Part shown: in pieces, positions 1 to 10,113 of the stretch
Layout: each line of letters begins with the position of its first letter
Numbering within the stretch: position 1 is the stretch's first letter
Source of the DNA: a virus
Lineage: Duplodnaviria > Caudoviricetes
IMG/VR virus record: IMGVR_UViG_3300044556_000086
Span: 1 to 64,000 of that record
Strand: one strand, 5' to 3'
DNA: 64,000 nucleotides
Program-made: the position numbers and the translations under genes
The notes under the pieces: generated by a model
Told to the model about the DNA's origin: nothing
What the model saw: the letters and a program-made list of their open reading frames with translations, nothing else
Database searches by the model: none

Positions 1-45
1 GTAATGAACCCTTCAGTAATGAACCCTTCAGTAATAAACTATTCA
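1..45 (+). repeat. Tandem 15-bp repeats (GTAATGAACCCTTCA x2 plus a degenerate third copy), iteron-like
   Basis: Seen directly. They lie in an open frame (NEPFS-NEPFS-NKLFN...) that enters from the window edge and stops near 130, upstream of the helicase genes. Confidence 0.6.
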
Positions 46-181
46 ATCATAAAATAATCAATTCAATAAAAATTAAAATAAAGAGAAATAAAATAAGAGT
101 AAGAGATAGAGCGAGAGAAAAAGAACTCTAAATCTTAAAGAAAATCTATCTAATGTCTTAATCAAGAGATGGGGTGAAAGA

Positions 182-439
182 GTGAAGTGGAGTTATCGAA
201 AGTTAAGACACTTGTACACTATCCTGGATAAGAAGTTAATCTACGGGATGAAGAAAGAGGTAATCATACAGGAGTTAAAGGAATATGGGATAGAGGTAAC
301 GGAAAGGGGACTATCTAGGAAGGTACTACAAGAGATGTACTATGTACTAGCCTTGAATCTGGTACTAGATAACGTGGATAAACTAAGGGATAGTAAGGGT
401 GCGAAAGTACGGCAGTGGGATGAAGATAACTACACCTAA
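182..439 (+). CDS. Hypothetical protein (85 aa)
   Basis: ORF track; GGGGTG RBS-like motif upstream. Confidence 0.6.
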   Translation: MKWSYRKLRHLYTILDKKLIYGMKKEVIIQELKEYGIEVTERGLSRKVLQEMYYVLALNLVLDNVDKLRDSKGAKVRQWDEDNYT

Positions 440-586
440 TACTATCCAATGAAACTAGTGACTGGCTTTAATTTCATGGTATTCCTCCATTGTAAAAAAG
501 ATAAAATTATGGTAAAATGGGCATGTAAGGAAGGATAGAGTTAAGAAGTATCACTAAGCATGATTATCTTAAAGGGAGGAATCATC

Positions 587-1225
587 ATGGAAGGAACAAA
601 CGTTAAAGTCAATCGGGATGAATTAACCGTAAAGGTAACAGGACACATGAAAGATACTATTCATGGGTTCAAAGGTAGTTCCTTAACTGAAAAAGCAAGA
701 CGGGTAGTTTCCTTGTTAGAAGACGGTACGAAGTGGTTACTAATCAAGACAGAAAGATATGACAAGAACCTTGCAAAGTCCATGGATTTAGACAGTGGGG
801 AATTACATACTAGGGGTAAGGTACTTACAGGGGTGTTTACTATACTTCTGGTACTATTGCTCTGTAAAGTAGGGTATGTACCCCTAAATATGGGACTGGG
901 CCGGTACCATGTATCTCACTATGTGAATGAAGATGGGTATACCCTAGAAGACGTAATTAATGATGCTTATTTTCCTGGGAACGACGCTGATTACAGTTAC
1001 AGCAGTAATCTGAGTGGTGATATTGTAACGGTAACGGCTGTACACCCGAAGGGTAAGAGATACGGAGAACTAACCCTTGTATTTTCAAAGTCTAAGTATA
1101 AAGGAAACGAGTACTGGAGATGTAACCTCGTAAAGGGTAACGTAGAGGGTAAGGTAGTCTTGGACTATGGAGTCAGTGCCATGTTTGACTCTAACCTATT
1201 CTTAGGGGAGGACGGTACGCTATGA
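587..1225 (+). CDS. Membrane-anchored hypothetical protein, paralogue of the next gene
   Basis: GGAGG RBS before ATG 587; one TM segment; shares GYT(L/I)E(D/N)VIN and WRC motifs with 1222..1629. Confidence 0.7.
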   Translation: MEGTNVKVNRDELTVKVTGHMKDTIHGFKGSSLTEKARRVVSLLEDGTKWLLIKTERYDKNLAKSMDLDSGELHTRGKVLTGVFTILLVLLLCKVGYVPLNMGLGRYHVSHYVNEDGYTLEDVINDAYFPGNDADYSYSSNLSGDIVTVTAVHPKGKRYGELTLVFSKSKYKGNEYWRCNLVKGNVEGKVVLDYGVSAMFDSNLFLGEDGTL

Positions 1226-1629
1226 AACCTTTAGGAGTAAAGAGATGGGCAGTAGTCACTATCTTTCTGTTGGTTTTATTAACGGTACTATTCATAGGGG
1301 GTCATGAGCTGACAGCTTATGATGTACGGACAGCCAAAGATGCTAAGGGGTACACGATAGAGAATGTCATAAATGAAAAGATGTTCTTTGGGCATAAGGG
1401 TCAGTACCACTACCATGTACGGGGGATACTAACTCATGACGTAGTGGTGAATGGGTGCAGTCCCGATGGGGAGGATAGTGGATGGGTAGAGATGAATTTC
1501 AGACACTATCCGGATGACAGTTGGAGATGTGTACGAATAGAGGCCAGACTAGGGTCTCAGAGGGTAGTACAGACGAATAAAGACTTTCTGACCCGTAATT
1601 TCACATACTATGTACATCACATCTTATGA
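1222..1629 (+). CDS. Membrane-anchored hypothetical protein
   Basis: N-terminal TM segment; ATGA overlap with the previous gene; paralogous motifs. Confidence 0.7.
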   Translation: MKPLGVKRWAVVTIFLLVLLTVLFIGGHELTAYDVRTAKDAKGYTIENVINEKMFFGHKGQYHYHVRGILTHDVVVNGCSPDGEDSGWVEMNFRHYPDDSWRCVRIEARLGSQRVVQTNKDFLTRNFTYYVHHIL

Positions 1630-1646
1630 TAGAAGGAGGAGTTCAA

Positions 1647-3572
1647 ATGGTACAGATACCCGACACCTGGAAAACGAAATCTGGGAGAGTGGTTACCTTA
1701 GGGAGTGACCAGAAAGAAGGGGTAGAGTTCCTGTTAAAACATAGACATAGTTTATTATCTTTTGGGACAGGGTTAGGGAAGACCTTGACTAGTGTAACGG
1801 CTGGAAGGTTGATACTAGACCATATACCCGATACTATCCTTATCATTGTATGTCCGGTAAAGGCCAAGAAGGCTTGGAAGAAGGAGATACTGGACACGAC
1901 GCAGTTCCCTAGTTCTGAGTTAGCCATTTATAGTTCTAATGAATCTAAGGCCTATACGTCTAAGACACGGATAATCCTCTGTACGAACACGAACCTGACT
2001 AAGTTAAAGGGGGTTACCGATGAGTTAAAGGAAAAGACGGTATGTCTGATGGTAGATGAAGCTCACATGTTGCAGGATACCAAGAGCCAGTACTATAAGA
2101 GGTTGCAGGGGCTAAGGGATAGGGCCTATGTTGCCTGGGGGATAACAGCTACTCCGATACTAAATGCTCTGGATACTTTATTTACGATTGTAAATTTCTT
2201 TTATCCGGGATATCTGGGAAAGAGGGCTGAGTTCGATAGAAGATACCTACGGTACCATTTCCGTGACCAGTGGGTCCTTGGTGGGCGGAAGGTAAAAGTC
2301 CGTGAAATCGACGGGTATAAAAACCTGGAAGAGTTGCAGGAACGGTTAAAGGGTGTACTTATTGTACGGCAGAGACAGTATAATCTGAAATTCGCGAATG
2401 TAGAGAAGGAATTATCCGAAGATGAGTACAGTGCCTATCAGGAAGTCAGTAAAGGGTTGATAGATGATAGTGACCTTAGGTCTTGGAGCCGTAGGTTACA
2501 TGACTTACAGCGGTTCGTCGATAGGGCCTATGGGGACGATGGGGGTTTAAAGGCTTTAGCTGAAAGGTATCATTTAACGGGTATCAGTACGAAAGAGGAT
2601 GCTTTACTTTCTACTCTGAAAATGACGCAGGATAGGGGATATTCTACGATAATTTATGCCGACTATACAGACACTATCGACCGATTAGATTCTCTGTTAT
2701 CAGGCAGGATAGGGGGTAAGGTATGGAAGATAACGGGCAGTATCAATATCCGTGACCGGGAAAAGATAGAAGATGAGATACAACCTAAGGATGTGGTATT
2801 GATTACCTCTGCTGGTACGGAATCCATTAATCTACAGAAATGTAACTGTATCATCTTCTATGATATTTCTTTTTCTGTCAAGACAAACATCCAGACGATA
2901 GGGAGAATCTGTAGACGGGATACCAAGTTCCCGTATCAGTACATCTTGACGCTGGTAATGAAAGGTACGATAGATGAGTATAAATACAGACTATTCCACT
3001 CTCATCTGGGGATGGTACAGGCCAGTGTGGGTATCTCAAATGAACTGCCTTTGACAGAAGACTATTTAATGGCAGACAGTCGTGACCAGCAACGGTTAAA
3101 GGATGAGCTGTTGTGGGTGTATAAGGGAAAAGGTCGTAAGAAGAGAAAATCTACTAAAAGTTCTGGTGATGGTAAGGAATCTAATTCTTCTGTACGTACT
3201 CTGTTGTCTCAGTTAAAAGGGCAGATGGTAACCGAAGATACGGACGGAAAGGCACCGACCTATTTGTGGGCCATAGAACCTGGGGACTTTCAGGATTTAG
3301 GGGTGACTTATGTAGAAAGTCTGTTTCCTAGTCCGACTGATTTCAATTCCTGGAGTGGGGATAGTTTACCCTATACGATTTATAAAAACCATTATTTGAG
3401 TTTCCTTCACAGTCCCCATGGGCAGTCCTTACTCCGTCAGATAGTACAAGGGTTAGTATCTCATCCAGAACGTTTGATACAGTGGTACAGCTTGAGTGAC
3501 CTAAAGACGGTACTCGTACAGGAAATCTTATCTTATGCTGATAAAATGCTGAAAAATGGGTCTAAAACTTGA
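1647..3572 (+). CDS. SNF2/SF2 helicase
   Basis: GTGLGKT Walker A, DEAH, TATP and QTIGRICR motifs; GGAGG RBS before ATG 1647. Confidence 0.9.
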   Translation: MVQIPDTWKTKSGRVVTLGSDQKEGVEFLLKHRHSLLSFGTGLGKTLTSVTAGRLILDHIPDTILIIVCPVKAKKAWKKEILDTTQFPSSELAIYSSNESKAYTSKTRIILCTNTNLTKLKGVTDELKEKTVCLMVDEAHMLQDTKSQYYKRLQGLRDRAYVAWGITATPILNALDTLFTIVNFFYPGYLGKRAEFDRRYLRYHFRDQWVLGGRKVKVREIDGYKNLEELQERLKGVLIVRQRQYNLKFANVEKELSEDEYSAYQEVSKGLIDDSDLRSWSRRLHDLQRFVDRAYGDDGGLKALAERYHLTGISTKEDALLSTLKMTQDRGYSTIIYADYTDTIDRLDSLLSGRIGGKVWKITGSINIRDREKIEDEIQPKDVVLITSAGTESINLQKCNCIIFYDISFSVKTNIQTIGRICRRDTKFPYQYILTLVMKGTIDEYKYRLFHSHLGMVQASVGISNELPLTEDYLMADSRDQQRLKDELLWVYKGKGRKKRKSTKSSGDGKESNSSVRTLLSQLKGQMVTEDTDGKAPTYLWAIEPGDFQDLGVTYVESLFPSPTDFNSWSGDSLPYTIYKNHYLSFLHSPHGQSLLRQIVQGLVSHPERLIQWYSLSDLKTVLVQEILSYADKMLKNGSKT

Positions 3573-3683
3573 CATTTTCTTTGTTTTAGGTATAAGATTT
3601 AGGAGTAGACCTGTATCAAACGTTCTAAATGAATCTGCAACGTTCTTGATAGGGTCTGACAATCTTAGAGGAGGGTTCTGCTT

Positions 3684-4400
3684 ATGAAAAGGATGTTACC
3701 TGATGAGGTATACCGACCCGTTCAGTATGATGAAAAGCGGGGGATGAGAAACTTCCTGATACAGTATCGGGAGTTCTTCGATAAAGACTATTTACAGAGA
3801 GATAAGGCTGGATATCTGAGACGGTTACACAAAGCTTCTCAGATGGTAAAGGGGGTAGACTGGAACCAGAATGTACTGATACTTCTTAATGACGATTGGC
3901 ATAAGGAGTTGTTCTTGCAGGGGTTCCTTAGTCTGGGTCATTCTGTTTCTTATCTGTACTTAAACTATTTACAAGTCTATGAACTATTCTGGGATGGGCA
4001 TGATAGTACGGGTACAGGGTTACAGACTGTCAGTGATATCAAGCAGAAAGTCTTTTGTGTGTATATCGATAAGAACATGTACTCCACGAAGACGGATGTC
4101 ATTCTAAATTCCATTATGGTGGCTAGGGATACCCTACGGGATAGGGACGGGAGTAAAGTTTATACCTGGGTATTCTACAGGGGTACGAAGAAAAATATGA
4201 CCTGTGATACCCAGATGGGGTGGATACCTAAGTTATTCCAAGAGCACCGACCCGGATACTATTCCTTAGATTTAAATGTACGGATGGGACTACGTTCTTT
4301 TAAATTATCTAAGGATACCACTGAAGATGAAGTAGATAAACGGAAACAGGAAAGGGCTTCTATGGCTCGTCATCCGCATGGGATGGAGGACTTGTACTAA
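3684..4400 (+). CDS. Hypothetical protein, possibly a degenerate helicase loader
   Basis: Own TTGACA promoter at 3569; overlaps the DnaB-like gene by 1 nt; no intact Walker A, so the loader call rests on position only. Confidence 0.55.
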   Translation: MKRMLPDEVYRPVQYDEKRGMRNFLIQYREFFDKDYLQRDKAGYLRRLHKASQMVKGVDWNQNVLILLNDDWHKELFLQGFLSLGHSVSYLYLNYLQVYELFWDGHDSTGTGLQTVSDIKQKVFCVYIDKNMYSTKTDVILNSIMVARDTLRDRDGSKVYTWVFYRGTKKNMTCDTQMGWIPKLFQEHRPGYYSLDLNVRMGLRSFKLSKDTTEDEVDKRKQERASMARHPHGMEDLY

Positions 4401-5881
4401 TGAGAAATATCATATACTCCTGTTTAGGGCAGACGGATAGTGTATATACTGATTGTTTGCAGTTAATGATAGAAGAGGCTGATAACTATGCCAAAAACTT
4501 CAAGGTAAAAGGGTTACTATCCGATACAGAACGTAAATATTTCAAGTATTTCATAAATACTTATGAAAGTAGTCATGCTCTGCCGACGAAAGATTTATTT
4601 TATGGGATGTTCCCTGGTATGCAGGGGGAACTTGACGATAATGTCGTGCAGGTACAGGCTAGGGATTTCCGAGTATACATCTTTAACGTATTGGATGCTA
4701 GGATAAACCTGTACATATCTAAAAGGATGAGTACCTTACAGAAACTCATTGCTGAGAATGGGATTACGCAGGAAATCTCTGATGAGCTAAACCGACTGGA
4801 AGCGTTGTCTAATCGAAATAAAGCGAAAGACGTATCGATACAGATAGATGCTAAATCTGAGTATGAAAACGTAAAGTCCAGACCCGCTGGGTTGCAGACG
4901 GGTATTAAGGCTGTAGATGATAAGATAGGGGGTATGAGTCCGGGTATGGTAACGACTATTGCTGGGTTTACAGGCCAATTCAAGAGTACCTGGGGGATGA
5001 ACATAGCTCATATCAATAGTTATTATCTTGGATATAATATCTGTGTCATCTCTCTGGAAATGCCGAAGAGGGATGTATATTTCAATTTACTATCCTGTCA
5101 TAGTTATTTACCGACGTTATCTAGGTTCAGTTATGTAGGACATGAAAAGATGCGACGGGGTACCATGACGAAAGACGAAGAAGATTTCATCTTTAATGAG
5201 GTGGAACCCGATATGACTCAGGATTATCTGGGGGATGATGGTAAAGTACATCCGAGGGGTAAAGTGGTCATACTGGATGAGTCTGACTTCAAAACTTTTT
5301 CTTTCGGTGAAGTGACAGCTGTATTGGAGAAGGTAGATGATTTGCTTGGTGGACAGTTAGATGCTGTCATCGTAGACTATGTACAGTTGTGTAAATTCTC
5401 TGGGACGGGTATTTCTAGTGATGCTAATAATCAGATTAATGCTTATGTTACTTTTTTCAGACGGTTAGCTCAGAACTTCCGAAAGATACCGAATAAGGAA
5501 GGGGAAGATTCCATACATAGACTTACGATGATACTACTTGCTCAGATTAATCGTACAAGTTGGCAGAAAGCTTCTAAAAATGACGGGGTGTATGATGTGA
5601 CCTGTCTGGCGGATGCTAATGAACTGGAACGAGGTAGTTCTCTGGTATTGACTACCTATACTTCTGAGGAATTAAAGATGAAGGGTACGGCTCAGGTACA
5701 GATTCTAAAGAACCGAATGGGGCAGACGATGTATGAACCTGCTCAGGTGTATGTAAACGGGGAAGCTTATGTATTCCAAGATGAAGATACCGGGGTAAGT
5801 TCTTTCGGTTCTGATGGTACGGCTTCTATTGACAGTGCTCTGGGTATGTTTGATGACTCTGATTTAGACTCCTTATTGTAA
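4400..5881 (+). CDS. dnaB: DnaB-like replicative helicase
   Basis: TGIKAVD, GFTGQFKST Walker A, SLEM, IVDYVQL, LAQINR and KNRMG motifs. Confidence 0.85.
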   Translation: MRNIIYSCLGQTDSVYTDCLQLMIEEADNYAKNFKVKGLLSDTERKYFKYFINTYESSHALPTKDLFYGMFPGMQGELDDNVVQVQARDFRVYIFNVLDARINLYISKRMSTLQKLIAENGITQEISDELNRLEALSNRNKAKDVSIQIDAKSEYENVKSRPAGLQTGIKAVDDKIGGMSPGMVTTIAGFTGQFKSTWGMNIAHINSYYLGYNICVISLEMPKRDVYFNLLSCHSYLPTLSRFSYVGHEKMRRGTMTKDEEDFIFNEVEPDMTQDYLGDDGKVHPRGKVVILDESDFKTFSFGEVTAVLEKVDDLLGGQLDAVIVDYVQLCKFSGTGISSDANNQINAYVTFFRRLAQNFRKIPNKEGEDSIHRLTMILLAQINRTSWQKASKNDGVYDVTCLADANELERGSSLVLTTYTSEELKMKGTAQVQILKNRMGQTMYEPAQVYVNGEAYVFQDEDTGVSSFGSDGTASIDSALGMFDDSDLDSLL

Positions 5882-5887
5882 TATTAT

Positions 5888-5920
5888 GGGATACTCTGTA
5901 GAAGGGTATCCTTTCCCTTT
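5888..5920 (+). terminator. Intrinsic terminator
   Basis: GGATACTCT/AGGGTATCC stem followed by T runs, after the helicase gene. Confidence 0.6.
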
Positions 5921-5930
5921 ATTTTCATAT

Positions 5931-5963
5931 TTACTTTACAATAAGTAAATCATGTGGTATACT
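5931..5963 (+). promoter_or_regulatory. Sigma-A promoter with TTACTT-N6-AAGTAA operator (copy 1)
   Basis: TTTACA-17-TATACT with extended TG; palindrome overlaps the -35 box. Confidence 0.8.
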
Positions 5964-6004
5964 AAGTATATAGAAAGTGGTAACTATCTAAGGAGGAATG
6001 AATC

Positions 6005-6400
6005 ATGAGAGAGCTGAAGAGAGTATATCATATTGGAGATACTATTATGTCTGAAAATATGGTTCTGAATATGGTTGCAGATGGTGGTACTAAGTTTGTT
6101 ATCACACATGTTTATACTAAAGAAGATGGGAATAGGGAATATAATATTTGTAACTTAGTCACTATCAAAGAAAGTGAAATCAGTGGATTAGTAAAGCCTG
6201 GTAAACCTTTACCTCAATACTCTAAAGTGTACGTAGATACCAGAAATAGTTCTATTGAAGACGATTACCATGAAGGAAATATTTTGAGAACCTGGGAGAA
6301 TAACTATGGTGATGTCATGTATGAAGTTTTCTTAGATGACTTAGGTAGGTCTGCCTGGTTCTATTGTAATGATGTCTATACTGTACTAGGAGATAAATAA
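6005..6400 (+). CDS. Hypothetical protein
   Basis: AGGAGG RBS; first gene after promoter copy 1. Confidence 0.75.
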   Translation: MRELKRVYHIGDTIMSENMVLNMVADGGTKFVITHVYTKEDGNREYNICNLVTIKESEISGLVKPGKPLPQYSKVYVDTRNSSIEDDYHEGNILRTWENNYGDVMYEVFLDDLGRSAWFYCNDVYTVLGDK

Positions 6401-6430
6401 TAGTACTGTTCATAAAAGGAGGTTTATACT

Positions 6431-7042
6431 ATGAATACGAGAAAATTCAAAAAAGGGGATAAAGTCTGGGTAGATAGAGACCAGTACCCTTATAACTCTA
6501 GTTTCTTTGGGGAATGGGGTGTTATTGTAGACTATCCGTCTGGTGAAAATAATCTTAAAAACTATACGGTAAAGTTTAAGAAGCGTGGGGGTAGATTCGT
6601 AGTGCAGGAAGACCATTTACATCCTGAGTTTGAAGATGTGTTAAGTGACTCCAATGAAAATGAATTGAGTGACATTCATGAAGATGACTCTTGTTGTGAA
6701 TTGAGTGATATTCACGAAGTAGAAGATACCACTTATAGTACTTCTATGGAAACGGAGTCTATTCATGATATTTCTGTAGATAGTAGTAAGGGCACTAAAG
6801 AAATTAATGATGCAGAAGATGACCACCACGATTCCCACTATAAGGAATGTGTGGTAGAGCCTATTTTAGTCATGTATAAGATGTTTACCAAGGAAGAATT
6901 CATTGGATTCTTAAAGGGGAATATCCTAAAGTATCGGTTGCGATTAGGTCATAAAGATGATATCCAAAAGGAAATGGATAAAATCAAAAGATATGAACAG
7001 TGGCTAGATGAAGTTCAGAATGATAAACCTTTGGGGGTGTAG
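6431..7042 (+). CDS. DUF3310-domain protein with an SH3/KOW-like N-terminus and acidic linker
   Basis: C-terminal SHY...EPI...GFLKGNILKYRLRLGHKD..KEMDK...Y pattern; ELSDIHE repeated twice. Confidence 0.75.
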   Translation: MNTRKFKKGDKVWVDRDQYPYNSSFFGEWGVIVDYPSGENNLKNYTVKFKKRGGRFVVQEDHLHPEFEDVLSDSNENELSDIHEDDSCCELSDIHEVEDTTYSTSMETESIHDISVDSSKGTKEINDAEDDHHDSHYKECVVEPILVMYKMFTKEEFIGFLKGNILKYRLRLGHKDDIQKEMDKIKRYEQWLDEVQNDKPLGV

Positions 7043-7045
7043 ATT

Positions 7046-7309
7046 TTGGAATTCAATAAGTCTAAGTATGAAGATACTAAAGTAGAGTTGAAGGATAATA
7101 TAGATGAAAAAATATCTGATATGTCTGATAGTGTGGATGAAAAAATATCTGAGATGTCCGATAGTATTTATGCGGAATTATCTACATTTAGATTGTGGGC
7201 AGATACTCAGTTCAGTAATGTGGACACGGAGCTGAGGGTACTTCTGTTTTTGGTTTTCATTAATATTATTTTGTCTGCTTTCATTTTAATAAAGATGGGA
7301 TTGAGGTGA
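7046..7309 (+). CDS. Small coiled-coil protein with a C-terminal TM segment
   Basis: 33-bp internal duplication (DEKIS(D/E)MSDS x2); hydrophobic C-terminus. Confidence 0.65.
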   Translation: MEFNKSKYEDTKVELKDNIDEKISDMSDSVDEKISEMSDSIYAELSTFRLWADTQFSNVDTELRVLLFLVFINIILSAFILIKMGLR

Positions 7310-7313
7310 TTCT

Positions 7314-8447
7314 ATGTTCTGTTCTGTACCAATAAAGTTGTGGGTACAGGTTCAGTTGGATGGGTATAGTATAGATTATCATGATTTCTGTACTATACCC
7401 GTAGATTGTCATAGTAGTGAAATATTCCGAAAATCTAAGAAAATCACATACGGGGATAAGGATTTACTGCATTATTTATTTAGAAGTACATTCACAGAAG
7501 ATACGAAAATGCCGGAGTACTATTCTTTTTCTGAGAATAATCTTATAGAAGGTGGATACCAGAATCGATTATTAGTGTTAAAGCAAGGGGTTAGTTATGC
7601 AGTGTTAGTTCTTAAACTAACGAATGCTGTAGGTTTAACTAAGGATAAAAAGTTCTTCTATATCTTGGGTATCTATTTTGTAGGTTCTGTGTTTGATGTT
7701 TCATACCTTTCTAATTACAAGGTTTTTCATGGTATCCGGTTACCTGAAGTCAGTGCTTTAGATAAGGCTGGTAATCTGTATGTACCTAATAATTTCTATA
7801 ATACGAAGGAATCTTTTCAGTCTATTGTAGACAGACCCAGGTATCATAGAAAACACGGTATAGGGGTACTTCAGAAGAATGTAATCGTTAAAAAGATAGA
7901 CTATATTGATTCTTATACAGCTGGGGAAATGGAAACGGTACATTCTTTGTGGGATGAGAGTCGTAAGAAAGATAAAATTATTCGGGGTGGTAAACGGATA
8001 CTCCATAATTTAATCCTGTTAGTCAATAGGGATGATAATTCTTATTTGTACGGATACTATCTACATGATAGGTTATATGGTTTCCTTGGGGTTACTAGGG
8101 TTCATATTCTAGATAAATCTTATGTAATAAACTGGTATGGAAAATCTTTGAATGTACTACCTAAGGAAGACTTGATTCGTTTAGGGTATCTTTATGATAC
8201 AGATTCTAGGGTAATCACGGATAATTTTTCTGAGTATATGTATTATGAAGCTTTTCATGATTCTTTGTGTGATAAAAATGATTCTGCTTTCTACGTGCTA
8301 GGTAGTGTCAGGGATAAGAGTATGTATCAGTGGAAAAGTCGGTTGTGTGGTAAAATCTTGGTGTATCCTGAGAAGTCTTTAGAAGACTATCTAAGAAAGG
8401 AAATGGGCCATGAAGAGGGCTTGGAGTCGTCAATAACTCATGACTAA
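7314..8447 (+). CDS. GNAT-fold / DUF2156-like protein; last residues supplied by the IscB element
   Basis: Weak resemblance to DUF2156 motifs; the C-terminal SITHD is encoded by the element end. Confidence 0.55.
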   Translation: MFCSVPIKLWVQVQLDGYSIDYHDFCTIPVDCHSSEIFRKSKKITYGDKDLLHYLFRSTFTEDTKMPEYYSFSENNLIEGGYQNRLLVLKQGVSYAVLVLKLTNAVGLTKDKKFFYILGIYFVGSVFDVSYLSNYKVFHGIRLPEVSALDKAGNLYVPNNFYNTKESFQSIVDRPRYHRKHGIGVLQKNVIVKKIDYIDSYTAGEMETVHSLWDESRKKDKIIRGGKRILHNLILLVNRDDNSYLYGYYLHDRLYGFLGVTRVHILDKSYVINWYGKSLNVLPKEDLIRLGYLYDTDSRVITDNFSEYMYYEAFHDSLCDKNDSAFYVLGSVRDKSMYQWKSRLCGKILVYPEKSLEDYLRKEMGHEEGLESSITHD

Positions 8448-8615
8448 AGTCACGAGTTTGCTTGTGACTTTATGGTTATTGGGTTATTGAGCAGAGCAGT
8501 GACGTATTGTTCACCTGGTGGTGATTCCAAGCTACCAGCACTGGTTAGGTGCGCCAATGCTATGGAAATTCAACAGATGACGATAGATACGTCATCTGGC
8601 TTACCGCAAAGGAGT
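8429..8615 (+). ncRNA. IscB omegaRNA (HEARO-type) scaffold; guide is the upstream flank (~8409-8428)
   Basis: Structured ~190-nt non-coding region from GTCAA to the iscB RBS, with several hairpins (e.g. CAGATGACG...CGTCATCTG). Confidence 0.8.
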
Positions 8616-8619
8616 TTTT

Positions 8620-10113
8620 ATGAGGTATGTTTATGTGCTTGATAAAAATGGAAATCCGATGATGCCTACCAAACGTTTTGGTAAAGTTCGTCGGATGTTA
8701 AAATCAGGTCAGGCGAAAGTAGTCAGTACGGTTCCCTTTACAATTCGTCTGACATATCAGACAAAAACACATGTTACACAACATGTTACTTTAGGTATTG
8801 ACCCTGGGAGAACAAATATTGGTCTTGCCGCTGTTCGTTCTGATGGTACAGATTTATATCGTTCTCATTGTGAGACACGAAACAAGGATATTCCAAGACT
8901 TATGGAAAAGCGTAAGATTCATCGTAAGTCATCTCGAAGAGGAGAACGTCTTGCAAGAAAACGTCTTGCCAAAGCATTTGGCACAACTGCAAAACATCCT
9001 TTGGAAAGAGTTCTTCCTGGGTGTGATAAACCTATGGAAGTAAAAGATATTATTAATACGGAATCTAGATTCAACAATCGTATTCGTCCAGAAGGGTGGT
9101 TAACACCTACTGCTACGCAACTTCTTAGAACACATTTGAACCTTGTTCAGATGGTAGGAAGTATTCTCCCTATCACAGATATTGCACTAGAAATCAATAA
9201 GTTTGCATTTATGGAGCTTGCAAATCCAGAACAAAAACATTCAAATATTGACTTTCAGCATGGTGCATTGTATGGGACAGGTGGATTAAAAAACGCAGTT
9301 CGAGTACAGCAACAAGGTTTGTGTCTTCTTTGTGGGGAACAGAGTATCGAGCATTTCCATCATATAGTTCCACGTTCTAAACGTGGTAGTAATACGATTG
9401 GGAATATTGTTGGTTTGTGTAAAAAATGTCATACACTAGTTCACACTTCTAAGGAAGCAGCAGATGCTCTTGGAAAAAATAAACAGGGTTTGCAAAAACA
9501 ATATGGTGGCACGTCTGTATTGAATCAGATTATTCCGAGATTAGTTCAGGATCTTGGGAAACTGTATCCGGGGAACGTACATGTAACAACTGGAAGATTC
9601 ACGAAAGTTTTCCGTGAAAAGTACAGTCTGATAAAAGACCATGATATTGATGCGTACTGTATAGCTGCAAGCTGTATGAATGTGTATCCGAAGATACATA
9701 CAGAAATATTTGAAATTCTTCAGTTCCGAAAACATGATAGAGCTAATATTCATTGTCAGAGAGAACGTACATATCAGTTAGACAGAAAAACGGTTGCAAA
9801 GAATCGTAAGAAGCGAATGGAGCAGAAAGACGATTCTCTTGCAGAATGGTTCGAAAATATGGTTAAATTACATGGGACTGAGGAAGCTGAGCATATGAGG
9901 TCACGTTTATCTGTAAAAAAGAGTGTACGATACTATAATACAAAAGAACGTATCATGCCTGGAGCTGTTTTCCAATATGGTGGTAAGAGATATGTCATGA
10001 CTGGACAAATTTCAGGTGGTACATACTATCGTGCATATGGATGTGGAAATCAGAATTTTTCATCCAAAAAAGTTATGATTATTCAACAAAACAGGGGTCT
10101 TGTATATGCATGA
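8620..10113 (+). CDS. iscB: IscB RNA-guided endonuclease
   Basis: PLMP-type motif (PMMPT), RuvC-I GIDPG, Arg-rich bridge helix, RuvC-II LEIN, HNH (HHIVPRSKRGSN...CKKCH), RuvC-III HDIDAYCIA. Confidence 0.95.
   Translation: MRYVYVLDKNGNPMMPTKRFGKVRRMLKSGQAKVVSTVPFTIRLTYQTKTHVTQHVTLGIDPGRTNIGLAAVRSDGTDLYRSHCETRNKDIPRLMEKRKIHRKSSRRGERLARKRLAKAFGTTAKHPLERVLPGCDKPMEVKDIINTESRFNNRIRPEGWLTPTATQLLRTHLNLVQMVGSILPITDIALEINKFAFMELANPEQKHSNIDFQHGALYGTGGLKNAVRVQQQGLCLLCGEQSIEHFHHIVPRSKRGSNTIGNIVGLCKKCHTLVHTSKEAADALGKNKQGLQKQYGGTSVLNQIIPRLVQDLGKLYPGNVHVTTGRFTKVFREKYSLIKDHDIDAYCIAASCMNVYPKIHTEIFEILQFRKHDRANIHCQRERTYQLDRKTVAKNRKKRMEQKDDSLAEWFENMVKLHGTEEAEHMRSRLSVKKSVRYYNTKERIMPGAVFQYGGKRYVMTGQISGGTYYRAYGCGNQNFSSKKVMIIQQNRGLVYA

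Noticed and set aside
443-490. Minus-strand GGAGG RBS with ATG (MKLKPVTSFIG*)
   Set aside because: Only 11 codons; it may be a relic and cannot be supported as a gene.
8798-9043. Alternative-frame + strand ORFs (8798, 10684, 21281, 21989, 28717, 39255, 40147)
   Set aside because: They overlap stronger genes or elements and have no independent support.
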